Shown here one piece after another: positions 1-12,512 of a DNA stretch of 64,000 bases; the stretch's first letter is position 1, and each line of letters begins with the position of its first letter. The notes beneath the pieces were generated by a model that was not told the DNA's origin, made no database searches, and worked only from the letters and a program-made list of their open reading frames with translations. The DNA lies in NCBI GenBank assembly GCA_036785375.1, contig JAWMAR010000350.1:2418001-2482000 (forward strand), in the 5' to 3' direction. Source of the DNA: Leucoraja ocellata (Eukaryota). The position numbers and the translations under genes were made by a program.

Positions 1-1628
1 TGTTGGTGGCTCTTGTCTTCAATATTAATCTATTTGTATACTTTTTTATTTTTAATGCAAGGCCAGGCCATGTATCTGTATGCATATTAGTGGCAACACT
101 AGATAGCAATAAATAAATGAGCATCTTTGAGTGATTAAATGTTTTAATGTTTCTCAAAATATCATTAATGCATCTGTTTCACTACTTTTATATATTTGGA
201 AAAGAGTGTGATCATATTTATCTATCCTATCCCTTGTTTTCCTTCATCAACTTAACTTGCAGTGTTGCATGCAGATAGTTTAAAATTAATTTAAAAAATA
301 AATTCTCAATTCTCTTTCATTTGTTATAAACCTTGTTTTTCATTGTCATGATTTATCATTTACAGGCTTCTCTCTCTGTCCTATCCTTCCATAATTTTAA
401 ACATATGTCATATTTCTTCATTAGCTTTATTATTGTAGCAAATATATAACATTATACACAGATTTTTTAACCTTTTTCCTGAATATGGTAAAAGCTTTGT
501 TAAAATGACTACTAAGTTTCTTTTTGGCCATTTCCTTAAAGAAATAGATTTAAACGCTGCTCGGCAAAATGATAAATCAACACTTTTATCTTATGATAGC
601 TGATTTCCGAAAGTATTGATAAAATCTGGGCGAAAGGAAGGGTGAGTGAAAAATTAACACATTCATTGCTACCTCCAAAAAGCACAAAACTCCTTGTAAA
701 TGTTTATAAATATATAGCTTTAAAGTTTTACCACAAATGATTTAACTCAAAACTTCAATAATTCCGACTTGCCATATTTTTCAATTCCACACAGGTCGGA
801 AAAGTTGTCACTATAATAGAACCTTTAACGTGCAAATCAGATTGGAAATGCTGGTTACAATTATAGTAAACTAATGTGCACGGGTTGGAAAAGTGAAAAC
901 AGAACATGTAGAAAGAACACAATTTAAGACATATTCTTCAAATCAGATTCCCAAAAAGGAATGAGCAAGTGTCATCCTAATGTTATTCAACCGACAACAA
1001 ATCCAAATCTGTTTAAACTCCTGTAACACTTTTAACACTTTAATAAACTGTAATAGTTTAATAAACTGCCGCCATGTCAGCCTCCTCTCAGGTGATTATC
1101 CGTCACTCTCACCGGGAAAGGGAGGATTTCACTTAATAATAATAATGACTTTCAGGCCTTGTATTAATAGGGATCCAGTTCTAATCGAAGCGGGTTTCCC
1201 AAGGCCTACAGATCAGAGGCACTGAACAGGCAATTTGCTTCCCATCCCGGTGACGAGCTGTCAGTTCAGCCAGTCTCCGAGACGAAAGGTAACACCAGGC
1301 TCCAAGGGTAGGCCCGCAGCCTGCCTCAGGCCGCAGGAAGGGCCGGCCACCTTGATGACAGTGCAATCATACGGAGCCGGGAGGGAGGGAGAATCAGACG
1401 AGGTTGGTGGGGGCGGGCAATGAACGATACCCGGGATCAGTGAGAACATTACTAGGCCGCAAACCAGATCAACACTCGCCCCGACAACACAACAACTGAG
1501 GAGCTCCGCCTCGCCCAATCCCGGATTCGCTCTCCGCCTCAGAAGCCAGGCCTAGCGGTTATGGCGGCTCCCCGATCTCTCCCACAGAGAGAGGCCGAGG
1601 GCAACAGAGGGCCTAGAGTCTCACTCAC

Positions 1629-1644
1629 CTTCATGTCGGGACAT
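1629..1644 (-). CDS. KCMF1: KCMF1 (E3 ubiquitin ligase) first coding exon, MSRHE(G); rest of gene lies left of the window
   Basis: Minus strand reads TAGG-ATG TCC CGA CAT GAA G|GTGAGT: 16 coding nt and a consensus donor at 1628. This matches the vertebrate KCMF1 N-terminus MSRHEGVSC with a phase-1 intron. It sits in a CpG island next to a beta-thymosin gene, as in human. Confidence 0.88.
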
Positions 1645-1789
1645 CCTACACACACGATTACAGCGGCCCCGCGGGCTCCCACGCAGCGTCTCAACACCGG
1701 GCTCGGACAACAACAACTACCGTGCCAAACGGTCATGAAGCTGGTCGTGGCCGTGGCGCTGCTGGGGTGGATGGTTGGGGGTGGGGGGG

Positions 1790-1906
1790 GGGGGAGGAGG
1801 AAGAGGAGAAGGAGGAAGAGGAGAAGGAGGAGGAGGAGAAGAAGGAGGAGCCGCCGCTGCCGCCGCTCCTGTTGCTCAGCCTGCGCGCTCTCTCTCTCTC
1901 TCTCTC
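1790..1906. repeat. (GGA/GAA)n and (CT)n simple repeats in the KCMF1 5' UTR region
   Basis: Directly visible; they explain the poly-R, poly-E and poly-S ORFs in the track. Confidence 0.9.
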
Positions 1907-2193
1907 ACTCGCTCGCTCGGTACGATTTTTTCCCCTCACACTCTGAGCGCGCGAGCCGCGTAGACTGTGAGTGACGTCGGCCTCCCAACGAGGACGCAAA
2001 AACGGGCGCCACCGCTCGCGCCCGGCCGACTCTGCGCGCGCGCTCCCCGCGTCATCGTGCGCGACCTTCGCGCACTCTCGTCCAAGCTCATTGGCTGATG
2101 CGCGGTGACGTCACCCGACGGCCGCGATCAAAGCCGAGATCTTTGGATGAAATGGGGAGCGCGCAGCCTCAGTTCTCTCAGTGCCGGGCGGCC

Positions 2194-2950
2194 CGGGCAG
2201 CAGTGAGGTGGGGGTGCAGCGCTCTGTTCCCTGGTGATGGCGGCCTGGGCAGCAGTGAAGAGGGGGTGCAGCGCTCTGTTCCCTGGTGATGGCGGCCTGG
2301 GCAGCAGTGAGTTGTCAAGATGGAACTGCCGATGCTGGAAGATTGAAGGTACACAAAAATGCTGGAGAAACTCAGCGGGTGCAGCAGCATCTATGGAGCG
2401 AAGGAAATAGGCAACGTTTTTTAGTCTGAAGAAGGGTTTCGGCCCGAAACGTCGCGTATTTCCTACGCTCCATAGATGCTGCTGCACCCGCTGAGTTTCT
2501 CCAGCATTTTTGTGTACCTGGGCAGCAGTGAGGTGGGGATACAGCGCTCTGCTCCCTGGTGGCGGCGACGGCCTGGGCAGTGAGGTGGGGATGCAGTGCT
2601 CTGCTCCCTGGTGATGGCGGCCTGGGCAGCAGTGAGGTGGGGGTGCAGTGCTCTGCTCCCTGGTGGTGGTGAGGGCGACGGCGGCCTGGGCAGTGGGGTG
2701 GGGATGCAGCGCTCTACTCCCTAGTGGCGGTGGCCTGGGCAATGAGTTGGGGGTGTAGCGCTCTGCTGGTGGTGGTGACGGCGGTGTGCCTGGGCAGTAA
2801 GTTTGGGAGTGCAGCGCTCTGCTCCCTGGTGGTGGTGACGGCGGCCTGGGCAGTGAGGTGGGAGTGCAGCGCAGCACTCGGATCCCAGTGCTCAGCTCTC
2901 AGTGCTGGGCAGCGAAGTGGCAGCGCGGCGCTCTGATGGGAGCCTGGGCA
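2194..2950. repeat. GC-rich minisatellite, about 50-65 bp unit, roughly 10 degenerate copies
   Basis: Repeated unit GGGCAGCAGTGAGGTGGGGGTGCAGCGCTCTGCTCCCTGGTG(ATG)GCGGCCT, interrupted by a Penelope fragment. Confidence 0.9.
2313..2519. mobile_element. Penelope pseudo-LTR fragments in inverted (palindromic) arrangement, with hammerhead core at 2426-2453
   Basis: Two inverted copies of the GTACACAAAAATGCTGGAGAAACTCAGCGGGTGCAGCAGCATCTATGGAGCG segment, the same as the ends of the Penelope element at 15559-17111. Confidence 0.88.
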
Positions 2951-3341
2951 GCGAAGTGGGAGCTTGGCGCTCAGCTCTCTGCTAGACATCATCTGAAACA
3001 TGTTGGTGTCCAGGAGAATGGAGTATAAGTGAGCTTCGTATTGCTTTTGTTGCAGCAAGGTACGTGAGGGTTTTGTTTCCCCACCGATGGGAAGGTGGCA
3101 AAATTAAAGCACTTGTTAATTAAACTGTTTTCTTTGTTAGCTATGACCACTGACGCCAAAACCCAGGTTATTGCATTTTATTCTTGTCAGTCTTTTAGCT
3201 TTGTCAATCAGTTTCAAGGCGCCAACTTTCGGCTTCGAATATGGAAGGTGGATCAGAATAGAAATCAGTCACTTATTCTATTGGATAGGTACAAGCTGTA
3301 TGTAGGAGCAGTCCAGCTAGTCCTACTCCCCTACTACTAAC

Positions 3342-3465
3342 CTGAATAATGGTCTCGACCCGAAACGTCACCTATTCCTTTGCTCCATAGATGCTGCCTC
3401 ACTGAGTTTCTCCAGCATTTTTGTCTACCTTCGATTTTTCCAGCATCTGCAGTTCCTTCTTAAAC
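3342..3465 (+). mobile_element. Penelope pseudo-LTR fragment
   Basis: GGTCTCGACCCGAAACGTCACC...CCAGCATCTGCAGTTCCTTCTTAAACA, a variant of the same pLTR. Confidence 0.8.
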
Positions 3466-3595
3466 ATTCCCACATATCACTTGATCTTTGGTTAATTGCT
3501 ATCATTCTGCCTCTACCCCCCCCCCCCCCCCCCCCCAAACACACACACACACACATTTGACTCCTTTGGCAATGGGAACAGTTTTTAAATATGAT

Positions 3596-4515
3596 TAGAC
3601 AATAGGTGCAGGAGTAGGCCATTTGGCCCTTCGAGCCAGCACCACCATTCATTTTAATCATGGCTGATCATCCCCAATCAGTACTGCGTTCATGCCTTCT
3701 CCCCCATATCCCCTGACTCCGCTATTTTTAAGAGCCTATCTAGCTCTCCCTTGAAAGCATCCAGAGAACCTGCCTCCACTGCCCTCTGAGGCAGAGAATT
3801 CCACAGACTCGCCACTCTCTGTGAGAAAAAGTGTTTCCTCATTTCCGTTTTAATTGGCTTACTCCTTATTCTTAAACTGTGGCCCCTGGTTCTGGACTCT
3901 CCCAACATTGTGTTTCCTGCCTCTAGTGTGTCCATACCTTTAACAATCTTATGTCTCAATGAGATATCCTCTCATCCTTCTAAACTCCAGAGTGTACAAG
4001 CCCAGCTGCTCCATTCTCTGAGTATATGACAGTCCCGCTAACCCGGGAATTAACCTTGTAAACCTACGCTGCCCTCCCTCAATAACAAGAATGTCCTTCC
4101 TAACTGCACGCTGCTCCAGGTGTGGTCTCACTAGGGCTCTGTACAACTGCAGAAGGACCTCTTTGCTCCAATATTCGATTCATCTTGTTATAAAGGCCAA
4201 CATGCCATTCTCTTTCTTCACTGCCTGCTGTACCTGCATGCTTACTTTCATAGACTGATGAACAAGGACCCCCCAGATCCCGTTGTACTTTCCCTTTTCT
4301 CAACATGACGCCATTTAGATAGTAATCTGCCTTCCTGGTTTTGCGACCAAAGTGGATAACCTCACATTTATCCGCATTAAGCTTCCTGCCGTGCATCTGC
4401 CCACTCCCCCAACCTGTCCAAGTCACCCTGCGTTCTCATAGCATCCTGGGTTCACACTGCCACGCAGCTTTGTGTCATCTGCAAATTTGCTAATGTTACT
4501 TTGAATCCCTTCATC
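3596..4515 (-). mobile_element. 5'-truncated CR1 LINE (RT C-terminus and 3' UTR), frameshifted
   Basis: ORF pieces NADKCEVIHFG, YRALVRPHLE and RTRGHSLRI..FFSQRVASLWNSLP are typical of the CR1 ORF2 C-terminus; same 3' end as the other CR1 copies. Confidence 0.92.
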
Positions 4516-7500
4516 GGGTCACCGGGGCGTGATGCACGGAGCAGTTCAATCTTCCTGGAGGGCATGGCAGCCTCCGGCATACACTGTTAACACACGAAAC
4601 ATGTACTTTCCTACCTGTTTAAAAACTTGTGGGTGACTGAGCGCTCTGAACCAAATGCTCTGGTATCTTTGCTCTGAACCAAATGCACCAAGGTGTAAGC
4701 GGCCGAAGGAGTGCGTCCCTCGAGACAGTCCCCACTCTTTCTCCCCCCCCCCCCCCCCCCCACCGGGGTCAGTGCTGTCCAGCCACCGCCGCCCTCCGCC
4801 CCATCTCCACAGTGTCACGGGACCGGGTGGAGCGATGCCGCGGTTCCGGGCAGTGGACACGCAGGGATGAAATCCCGGCAACATCCCAGTCAGCTGCAGC
4901 AGACCAGCATCCTGTCAGCTGCAGTAGAGTTGGGGACAGGCTGGTCCCTCCGCCCGCCCAGAGTGCACTGGCACCCCGACCACCCCCCCCCCCCCCAGCC
5001 GCGGGGTGAAGACGGGCCCGCTGTACTGTCGGCCATAGTAAGTGTTTACCTGACATTCACTGCTTGTACTCCAGATGGTGTTGCGAGGCAGCAGTACGGG
5101 TCATGGGTCGTGACCTCGCCTGTCGTGTACCCTCCCTATACCTCTGTCAGATCTTCTCGCAGCCTCCCCTGTCTATCCATATAACTAAAGTTACACTTAT
5201 GTGAATCATTGTATGCACCCTTCTTCCTAAAGGGGTATTTTCAAAAATGTACTGTCCAAGACTGAATGCAATATTTCAGCCGTGATCAAACCAGTCTTTT
5301 ATAAAAGTTCATAAGTGGAACAAGGTGACAGAGGAGGTTGGGAAGAGTGATGAGAGAAGCAAATGGAATTTCTCTTATAACTTGAGAAAGCATAAAGTCA
5401 AATGGGTGGATAAAGGATAGAAGTGAAAAGTAGATAATGCCGTGAGGTAAGGAGAAGAATTGTGAGGCCAGAGGAAGGGGTGTTGGTGGAAGGGGAGGGT
5501 GGGGAATGGGTGTGCATTCAAGTGGGGCACAAGGGAGGGGGGAAAAGGAAGGTGGAGTGTTATATCTATCTTTGTCTTTAATAAACTCAGTGACTGAATC
5601 TACAATCCTCTTGGGTAGAACATTCTAAGGACTTCCTTCCCCTGGTGAAGACATTTTCCCTCTGCTGACCTTGTTCTTTGAAACACTGATCCCGCGGCTT
5701 CAAACACCACAGCAATGTGAAACATCAACTCCATATTTACCATGTCTAATCCTTAAGGGTTTTTTTTATGTTTCAATGAGATGGTATCACTATCTTCTAA
5801 ATTCAGGAGTCTCCTTAACATACCCTCATTTGACAATTCTATAATTTCAGCAATCAGTTGGAACTTTTTCTGCAATTTTTCCATTGGAAATATTCTTCCT
5901 TGAGTAGAGAAGCAAGACCTGTACAGCTTCTGGGGAAACAAGGGTTGAACAAATGTACCCACAATCACCTCGGTTTATGAATGTAAAATAACTTCCTGAC
6001 TTTTTTTGTAACTTGGGTCATTAAAGATTAGTCATTCTCATGATCTGGAAATAATGTAACTAAGGATTGTTAAATGTATTAATTGCCTATTTATCACCTT
6101 TATACCATGAATAGATTAATTTAACTTGTTGAATAGCTGGAAGCTACTATGCTGGGAGTATATTAGTTGCCCTGCCTAATGGGGAGGGGGAGGCGAGGTG
6201 GATGGGGGAAGTGTTGAGAGAAATCTGATTTGTATTTGGTTGTAAGTCCTTGTGATACTGTGTTTACAAGCTGAAATTGTCACGACAACGAGGTTTTACA
6301 CTGCCTGGGACAAGGCAATAAACAAATTTAAGATTAAATAAATAATCTGTAAAATAGAGTAGTTGGCAAAACTTTGCTTTCTCACGTTGTGCTTCTACAT
6401 TGATCCATAAACTATTGTTGCTATTTTTCTGGTTTTAGGTGGGCTCCTGAGGTGAAATCAACTTCTGATTATTTCACCAACATTTTAAATCTGGGTTTTT
6501 CTTTGTAATTTTATAATGTCGAGAGAGGTACATTGTCAGTCGACATTGATTTCTGTTTCTCTGTAATTTTACAAGCTTGGATATGTGGCTTTTTATTCCT
6601 TCATCTATGTGTATTTTCTCTCTTGAATTCCTTTGCAAGTTTCTAACCATGTCATTAATTCACTTTAATTCCATGTGATTCAACTTTTAACTATTTCTTC
6701 TGTGGTACTTTATCAAATGCTTTCAAAATTCCATTAGTAAGATTTGTATGCATTCCCCTGTCCAATGCTTTAGTCTGCCACAGATTGCACCTGATCTAAT
6801 TCCAGACATAACAGGAATAGAGTAAGCCTGGACTTTGCCTTCTACTCCACCATCCTTTGCATTCAAGGAAACCATTCTTCACATTTTCTTCCTCTTCAAA
6901 ATAAGATTCCAGCACCCTTTATCCCTTACAGTAATTATAGAACCACAACTCCCTAGTCTATTCTCTCCCCTCCAACCACTCCAGTTCTTGTATCAGTTTA
7001 CAAAGCAAGTGCAGGAAATGTCACACTATCCACGATCCAGCCCTTCCAGGTGATGCAGTATGTCACTTGCAGTTCTTCCACCATTATTTTCCATAGTTTC
7101 TTTCTAGACTTTTTATCCTTTTTAGAATTCCTTAAGTCTCGTGTGAAGATTTTTCTAAATCAAACCAGACAGACTTTAGTGCCAATTCCATTTTCACCAT
7201 TAAGAATTTTCACCAACCAGTTACTGTGAAGATATAATTTATTTGTGAATAAGTCAACTATGAACAAACTCTGAAAAGAATTACAGGCGACCCTACTGCA
7301 AGAGACTGCAGGTGCTATAATCTGACACACAAACAAACTGCTGGAGGAACTCAGTGGGTCAAGCAGCTGTGAGGGAGGGGAGGGGTGGGGGGAGAGAAAG
7401 GAATTGTCAACATTTTGCTTCGGGATCCTGCATCAGGGCTCTATCAAATATTCTATTGGAATAAACTATATATATAGTATATGCATAAAGTTGTAGCTCT

Positions 7501-7532
7501 ATGACATGTGGCAGGGAAAGAAAGTGAATTAT

Positions 7533-7862
7533 AATAATAATAATAATGGATGGGATTTATATAGCGCCTTTCTAGATACTCAAGGCGCTTTACATCGCAT
7601 TATTCATTCATTCCTCAGTCACACTCGGTGGTGAGGAGCTACTTCTGTAGCCACAGCTGCCCTGGGGCAGACTGACGAAAGCGTGGCTGCTAATCTGCAC
7701 CTACGGCCCCTCCGACCACCACCAGTCATTCACACACAGGCAGAGGTGGGTGAAGTGTCTAGTCCAAGGACACAACGACAGTATGCACTCCAAGCGGGAT
7801 TCGAACCGGCTACCTTCCGGTCGCCAGCCGAACACTTAGCCCATTGCGCCATCTGTCGCCCC
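7533..7862 (-). mobile_element. Full-length tRNA-derived SINE with CORE-like middle and L2-type tail (AFC-like)
   Basis: Minus strand shows A box TGGCGCAATGG, B box GGTTCGAATCC, GTCGTTGTGTCCTTG..AGACACTTCACCC, tail TGTAAAGCGCCTTGAG..AAAGGCGCTATATAAA plus (TTA)n. AATTAT flanks both ends (7527-7532, 7864-7869). Confidence 0.88.
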
Positions 7863-9994
7863 AAATTATGGCAATTTCTATTTCGGCCTTTCTAATCATT
7901 TATAGGTTTTGTTTTCATTTAGGGTTTTGGAAGAAGTAGCTTCAAAAGAGACAAATTTAAGAATGACTTTCAACCGGAGGAAGAAGATCTATTTTGAAAT
8001 TCTATTAGTGAAGTAGAATATTAAAATACATGGTGACACCTCTGTGACTGAAGTGTGGAAAATGTGATTCGTTCAGGAGTTGTATAGTAGTGGGGAAGAT
8101 ACTTTTCTTAAAGTTGGATATCTTGTATTCTTTTTCACATTTATTGTGGATAAACTTGTAAGTGATTTCAAACAAGACTAATGCACAGTGCCTGTGCGTG
8201 CAGACCATATAGTTACAGGTGAGATGATTGAAGTAATGTGATCTACCATTAGGTATTAGTAATTCAAATTATTGTGGATTGCTCAAAATATGGCTCTAGA
8301 TTTCTTTTCACAATAACAATACAGGGAAAATGTTATCTTGCTTACTTTCTCTGTCGCACCTTCGATGTGTGCCCAATGAATGTTGCTGCAATTTAACACT
8401 TACAGGACTGGTCCCAGTGTGTTAATCCGTGTGTGAAGAACATGCTGTTCTCCCAGTATATTTAAAAAAAAAACAAATAAGAGAAAAACATGAATCAAGA
8501 TTAATGTAATCGGCTTTCACCCACAAAAGAAACTATGGCAACTGCGATTGTTTCAAAATTATTTGTACATTATTTTAACACCACAGCCTACAATGGCCAC
8601 ACTGCATTTCCATGCCACTTCTTGTGGATGGTGTTGCTGAAACTGGCAGGGATGTTCGTTCAACTTGAGGCTTTTCCTTAAAATCATGATATTAATATGC
8701 GTTTGCTGCCTTTCACTTACAGAAAGTAACAATCATTGCATAAATTATACAGCAACACTTAGCATTTATATAGCAGCTAATAACAGATGGAGAGTTGTTT
8801 TACAACAGAGAAGATGCAAGAGAATTTACAGCCTAAATTCTGTGGCTTTGTTATAGTTTTTAATAGAAAAAACAAATTATTTCCGTGTACAGCATTTAAC
8901 GGTAAATGCTCAAGTGTTCCTTATCAGTGATGGAAGATACTTGCCTCTCTGTTTCTATTTACTACCATCTTGTTAAAATCAGCTAGACAAATATAACAAT
9001 TGCTTCATGACTAGGTATTCATTTGGGTGCATGATATAGCTAGTGCAGTCTAGCTTTCAGTTGCCATTTTCTGGGAAATCGATTTCCTCATTTATGATTT
9101 TACTCCGTGCATGTCTTATGTCAGTACTGCTATGTATTGTAGGTATGCATTTGTTTGGTTCTTTTTAACCGTATTTGGTTGTTGTAAATCTTTATTAAAA
9201 TGCTGACCCTGATTTGACAATGAAATAGCAAATATCTACATAAGTGAAAAATTATTGGGATGCTCAGCGGGTCATGTGGCATCTGTGGAGAGAAATAGTG
9301 TTAATATTCCTATTTTCAGTGGACTGGAAAAATGTGGCATTAAGTTGCAGAAAAGGGGAGAATAAAAATGTTCAGTGAGATGGAGACCAAGAGAAGATGA
9401 AACACTGATAATATTCTCACCTGGGAGTCTGAAGATCAAGAGTTAAATTTCATTCAAAATTTGATAACAAAATCAACTTTGGCCCTAGGAGCATGCTCTC
9501 TATCATAAGAGTATCATCTTTCAAGTAATATTGAAGAAAAGTTCTCTGGCAGATGTAAACAACCCTTGGTCTTTTTCAAAGTAAGCATGGAATTGCCTGT
9601 CTCCCATTTTAATATTTATATCACCAGTAAAACTAAATAAAGGAGTTATTTGCTAGATGTTACTGTCTCTTATTTTCTGTTGTGATTTCTATTAACACAG
9701 TAACTAAATTAAAAATCTTTCAAAACATTTCACATTGGTAGTGAGAAGCTTTAAATAGTGAATAGTGCCAGATAATTGTAAATCCTTTTTGGAAAAAGAG
9801 CTTGAGGTGTCTAAGTTGTGTTCTATAATTACACAAATTGACTTTTATTGGTAGGTTTCATCTTACAATTTTCTCCACTATGGCATACAAGGCAGGACAT
9901 TAATCAATTGTTCTTTGACCAGTGTCAAACAAGCCTTCGTCGTGGCCCGACTGCAATGTTGTCCAAACCTGCTAGAAAGGAAGGGGACGATCAA

Positions 9995-10010
9995 CCAGCA
10001 GATGGCAGTG
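9995..10010 (+). promoter_or_regulatory. Candidate CTCF site (forward)
   Basis: CCAGCAGATGGCAGTG closely matches the CTCF core consensus and lies in apparently non-repetitive sequence. Confidence 0.5.
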
Positions 10011-10984
10011 TGGAATTGTTGATTTAAAAATGCTGTAATCTGTTATTAGAGCCGTCTTCATAGAGGGAGTAAACCGCCAACATTATGCCATTCCATGAGA
10101 ACTGGGAAAATATAACCAATTTTATTTGATAGAGGCAGGGTTGGGAATATGGATGATTGGAATATCTGGGCGATCCAATTTGGGTGGGGAGTGGCTCCAC
10201 AAGTTGGCCTGTTGGTCCCTGACCCATGGCAGATACTTCCTGCCAATTACATCACAGGATCCTGTGATAGTAACGGGAGGGGACAGATGCTGTGGTGGGA
10301 GCAGTGTTGAGGTGGCAGCAGAGGATCTGAGAGAAACCACCTTCTGTACTCGTGCTATTTGAGATTAGACGATGGAATAATCAAGGGTCTGGGAAGTATG
10401 GTCCAGATAATGAGGTCCTGATAATAAGGTCCAGTCTATTTGCATTATCTATATTGTAGCATTCGTACCTCATGACCTGTCATTTCTCATTTTAACTATT
10501 CCTGTACTACATTTTCTCTTTACAGATCACTGCCCATTTTCTGTTTCCTCCCTTTCACTTTTTCTACTGTCACATGTTCAATTCTCCCCTCTTTTCTCTG
10601 AATATTTTCCCACTGACGTCCATCTCTACTCTGCAGCCGTCATATGGTCTTAAGCTATCATGCAACACCACTCATTCTCTGCTTTGTCTCTTCAGTTGAA
10701 TTCTTCACTCTGCCATGCTGTTTTCTATGTTCTATTCCCATCAACACCCTCTGCTCTTTTTTCATCCCCTTTTGGTATCAACTCCGATATCAGTTATCTC
10801 ATAGGGTCAGGGAACGATATGATACATCATTACTGAGCTCATGCCACTAGAAAGATATCCTGCAAACCTTCCTGTTCTTTTTCCTTCGTCATCTGTCTAA
10901 TCCTCACTTTCTAAGGATCTTTCTCTGAGACCCATTCTTCAAGCTACATTCCATAATCCCCACTCCTTAACGATCATTCTCAAT

Positions 10985-11410
10985 TTGTGGAGATCCCCGC
11001 GCATTAACACTAACCTACATGAGGGACAATTTACATTTATATCAAGCCAATTAACCTACGAACCCACACTTTGGAGAAAACCCACGGTGAGAACATGCAA
11101 ACTCTGTACAGACAGCACCCGTAGCCTGGATCAAACCCGGGTCTGTGGTGCTGTAAGGCAGCAACTCTACAACCAAAGATCCTATAGCAGAGCTGCTATA
11201 GGATCTTTGTACAACAGTGCCACCTTGCTTCCCTAAATCTCTTTTACAGTGTTTCTGCAATCCCTTTCTTGGATTTTGAAGCTCCTGGAGGAAACCAGGG
11301 GACCTAGGGCAAACCCATGCGGTCACAGTGAGATTGTGCAAACACAAAGATAGCACCTGAGATGCAGATTGGACCTAAGCTTTGACACAGCAGCTCTACA
11401 GAGTGTGCCA
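10985..11410 (-). mobile_element. Degenerate HE1/V-SINE copies
   Basis: AAGCCAATTAACCTAC, AAACTCTGTACAGACAGCACC and CCCGGGTC..GCTGTAAGGCAGCAACTCTAC are reverse complements of the SINE at 36687. Confidence 0.7.
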
Positions 11411-11968
11411 CTCTTGCCTGTGGTAATGTGAGAATAATAGTGCTGCAATTAAAGAAAGGATCTGATTAAGCTGTTTAACATGTTAGAAGGATTTGATGGC
11501 ATAGTTACAGAGAAACTTTCTTTGGGAGGGAATCTGAGCAAAAGAAAAAACTGGACTGTCAGAATTTGCTGGCTCTTGTTGGGAGATGAGCAAGCACATG
11601 GTCCACATTGCTCCTTCTGGGCCTCCACTGTGATCAGGTGGAATCTCCAGCCCTCCTGTCAGCAGACAATCTCCACGAGCAAACAAACGGGTGTAAGAAT
11701 GAGTCATCACACCTCGCCTGCTAACCAGCAGGATGCCTTCAAGACCTGGGAACCAGAATGTAATCATTAGGCAGCTCTTTCCTGGGTCAATTAGGCTCAA
11801 CTTCCTTTGTTTCAACCCATTTTATTTGACCAGTAAATTCCTGTGAAATATCCCCCACTGCAGTCTGCATAATTTGCAGTCATATACTGCGATTCCAGTT
11901 GCACATATTTTATTTTAAAGAAAAATAAATTCCAAATACACAAAGATTCCCATCAGACAAATCTAATG

Positions 11969-12095
11969 TCTGAAGAAGGGTTTCGGCCCAAAACGTTGCC
12001 TATTCCCTTTGCTCCATGGATGCTGCTGCGCCCGCTGAGTTTCTCCAGCATTTTTGTGAACCCTCGATTTTCCAGCATCTGCAGTTCCTTCTTAA
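11969..12095 (+). mobile_element. Penelope pseudo-LTR solo insertion with 14-bp TSD
   Basis: AGACAAATCTAATG at 11955-11968 and 12096-12109 flanks a pLTR that starts at CTGAAGAAGGG. Confidence 0.9.
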
Positions 12096-12269
12096 AGACA
12101 AATCTAATGCTCTGAAGTAGAGATGGTTAAGATAATGAACATTTGTGGTGCATCTTCCAGTATTCAGCAAGGCACACCATTCAAACTCTATACAGGATCT
12201 AAAAAATCAAAGTTAATTGTAATTTGAGTTCCAATATTTGTTGGGAGGTACCTCAGGACTTACCGGGAC

Positions 12270-12512
12270 TTACCTTGTCTGCACATCTGGATGCTCGCAA
12301 CGGCGGCTGCGGAGGGTTGTGGTCCCAACCACGGGGGGGAAATGGAGGAGGACTGACCAAATTTTGTGCCTTCCACCACAGTGATGAATGCTGCAGTGGA
12401 TGTTTGTGTTAAATTTTTATTGTGTATTGTGTGTTTTTTTTTAATTGTACCGCTGCTGGCAAATTCATTTCACTGCACTTTATACGTGACGAATAAAACT
12501 GACTTGACTTGA
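12270..12512 (+). mobile_element. 3' part of a non-autonomous LINE-tailed element
   Basis: GCCTTCCACCACAGTGA..GTGGATGTT..AATAAA plus (CTTGA)n tail; same architecture as 62780-62965. Confidence 0.6.

Larger units (their letters stand above)
1250..2200 (-). promoter_or_regulatory. CpG island / TATA-less promoter and 5' UTR of KCMF1
   Basis: Very GC- and CpG-rich against an AT-rich background. Full CRE palindrome GGTGACGTCACC 2104-2115, near-CRE TGACGTCG 1972-1979, CCAAT on minus at 2090-2094, GCGCGCGC runs at about 2034-2043. Confidence 0.8.

Noticed and set aside
1561-1999. Poly-R, poly-E and poly-S ORFs of 60-137 aa
   Set aside because: Translations of the (GGA)n/(CT)n tract in the KCMF1 5' UTR and CpG island; no domain content.
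2128-2877. 249-aa proline-rich ORF
   Set aside because: Produced by the GC-rich minisatellite plus an embedded Penelope fragment.
2194-2950. CRISPR-like array
   Set aside because: Tandem degenerate units without unique spacers, no cas genes, vertebrate context.
4520-5170. Overlapping GC-rich ORFs suggesting an exon or CpG-island promoter
   Set aside because: Poly-C driven low-complexity ORFs wedged against a truncated CR1; more likely a repeat fragment that I could not classify.
7790-7862. tRNA gene (also the heads at about 14225-14275 and 36687-36755)
   Set aside because: A and B boxes belong to SINE heads; no full cloverleaf, and they continue into SINE bodies.
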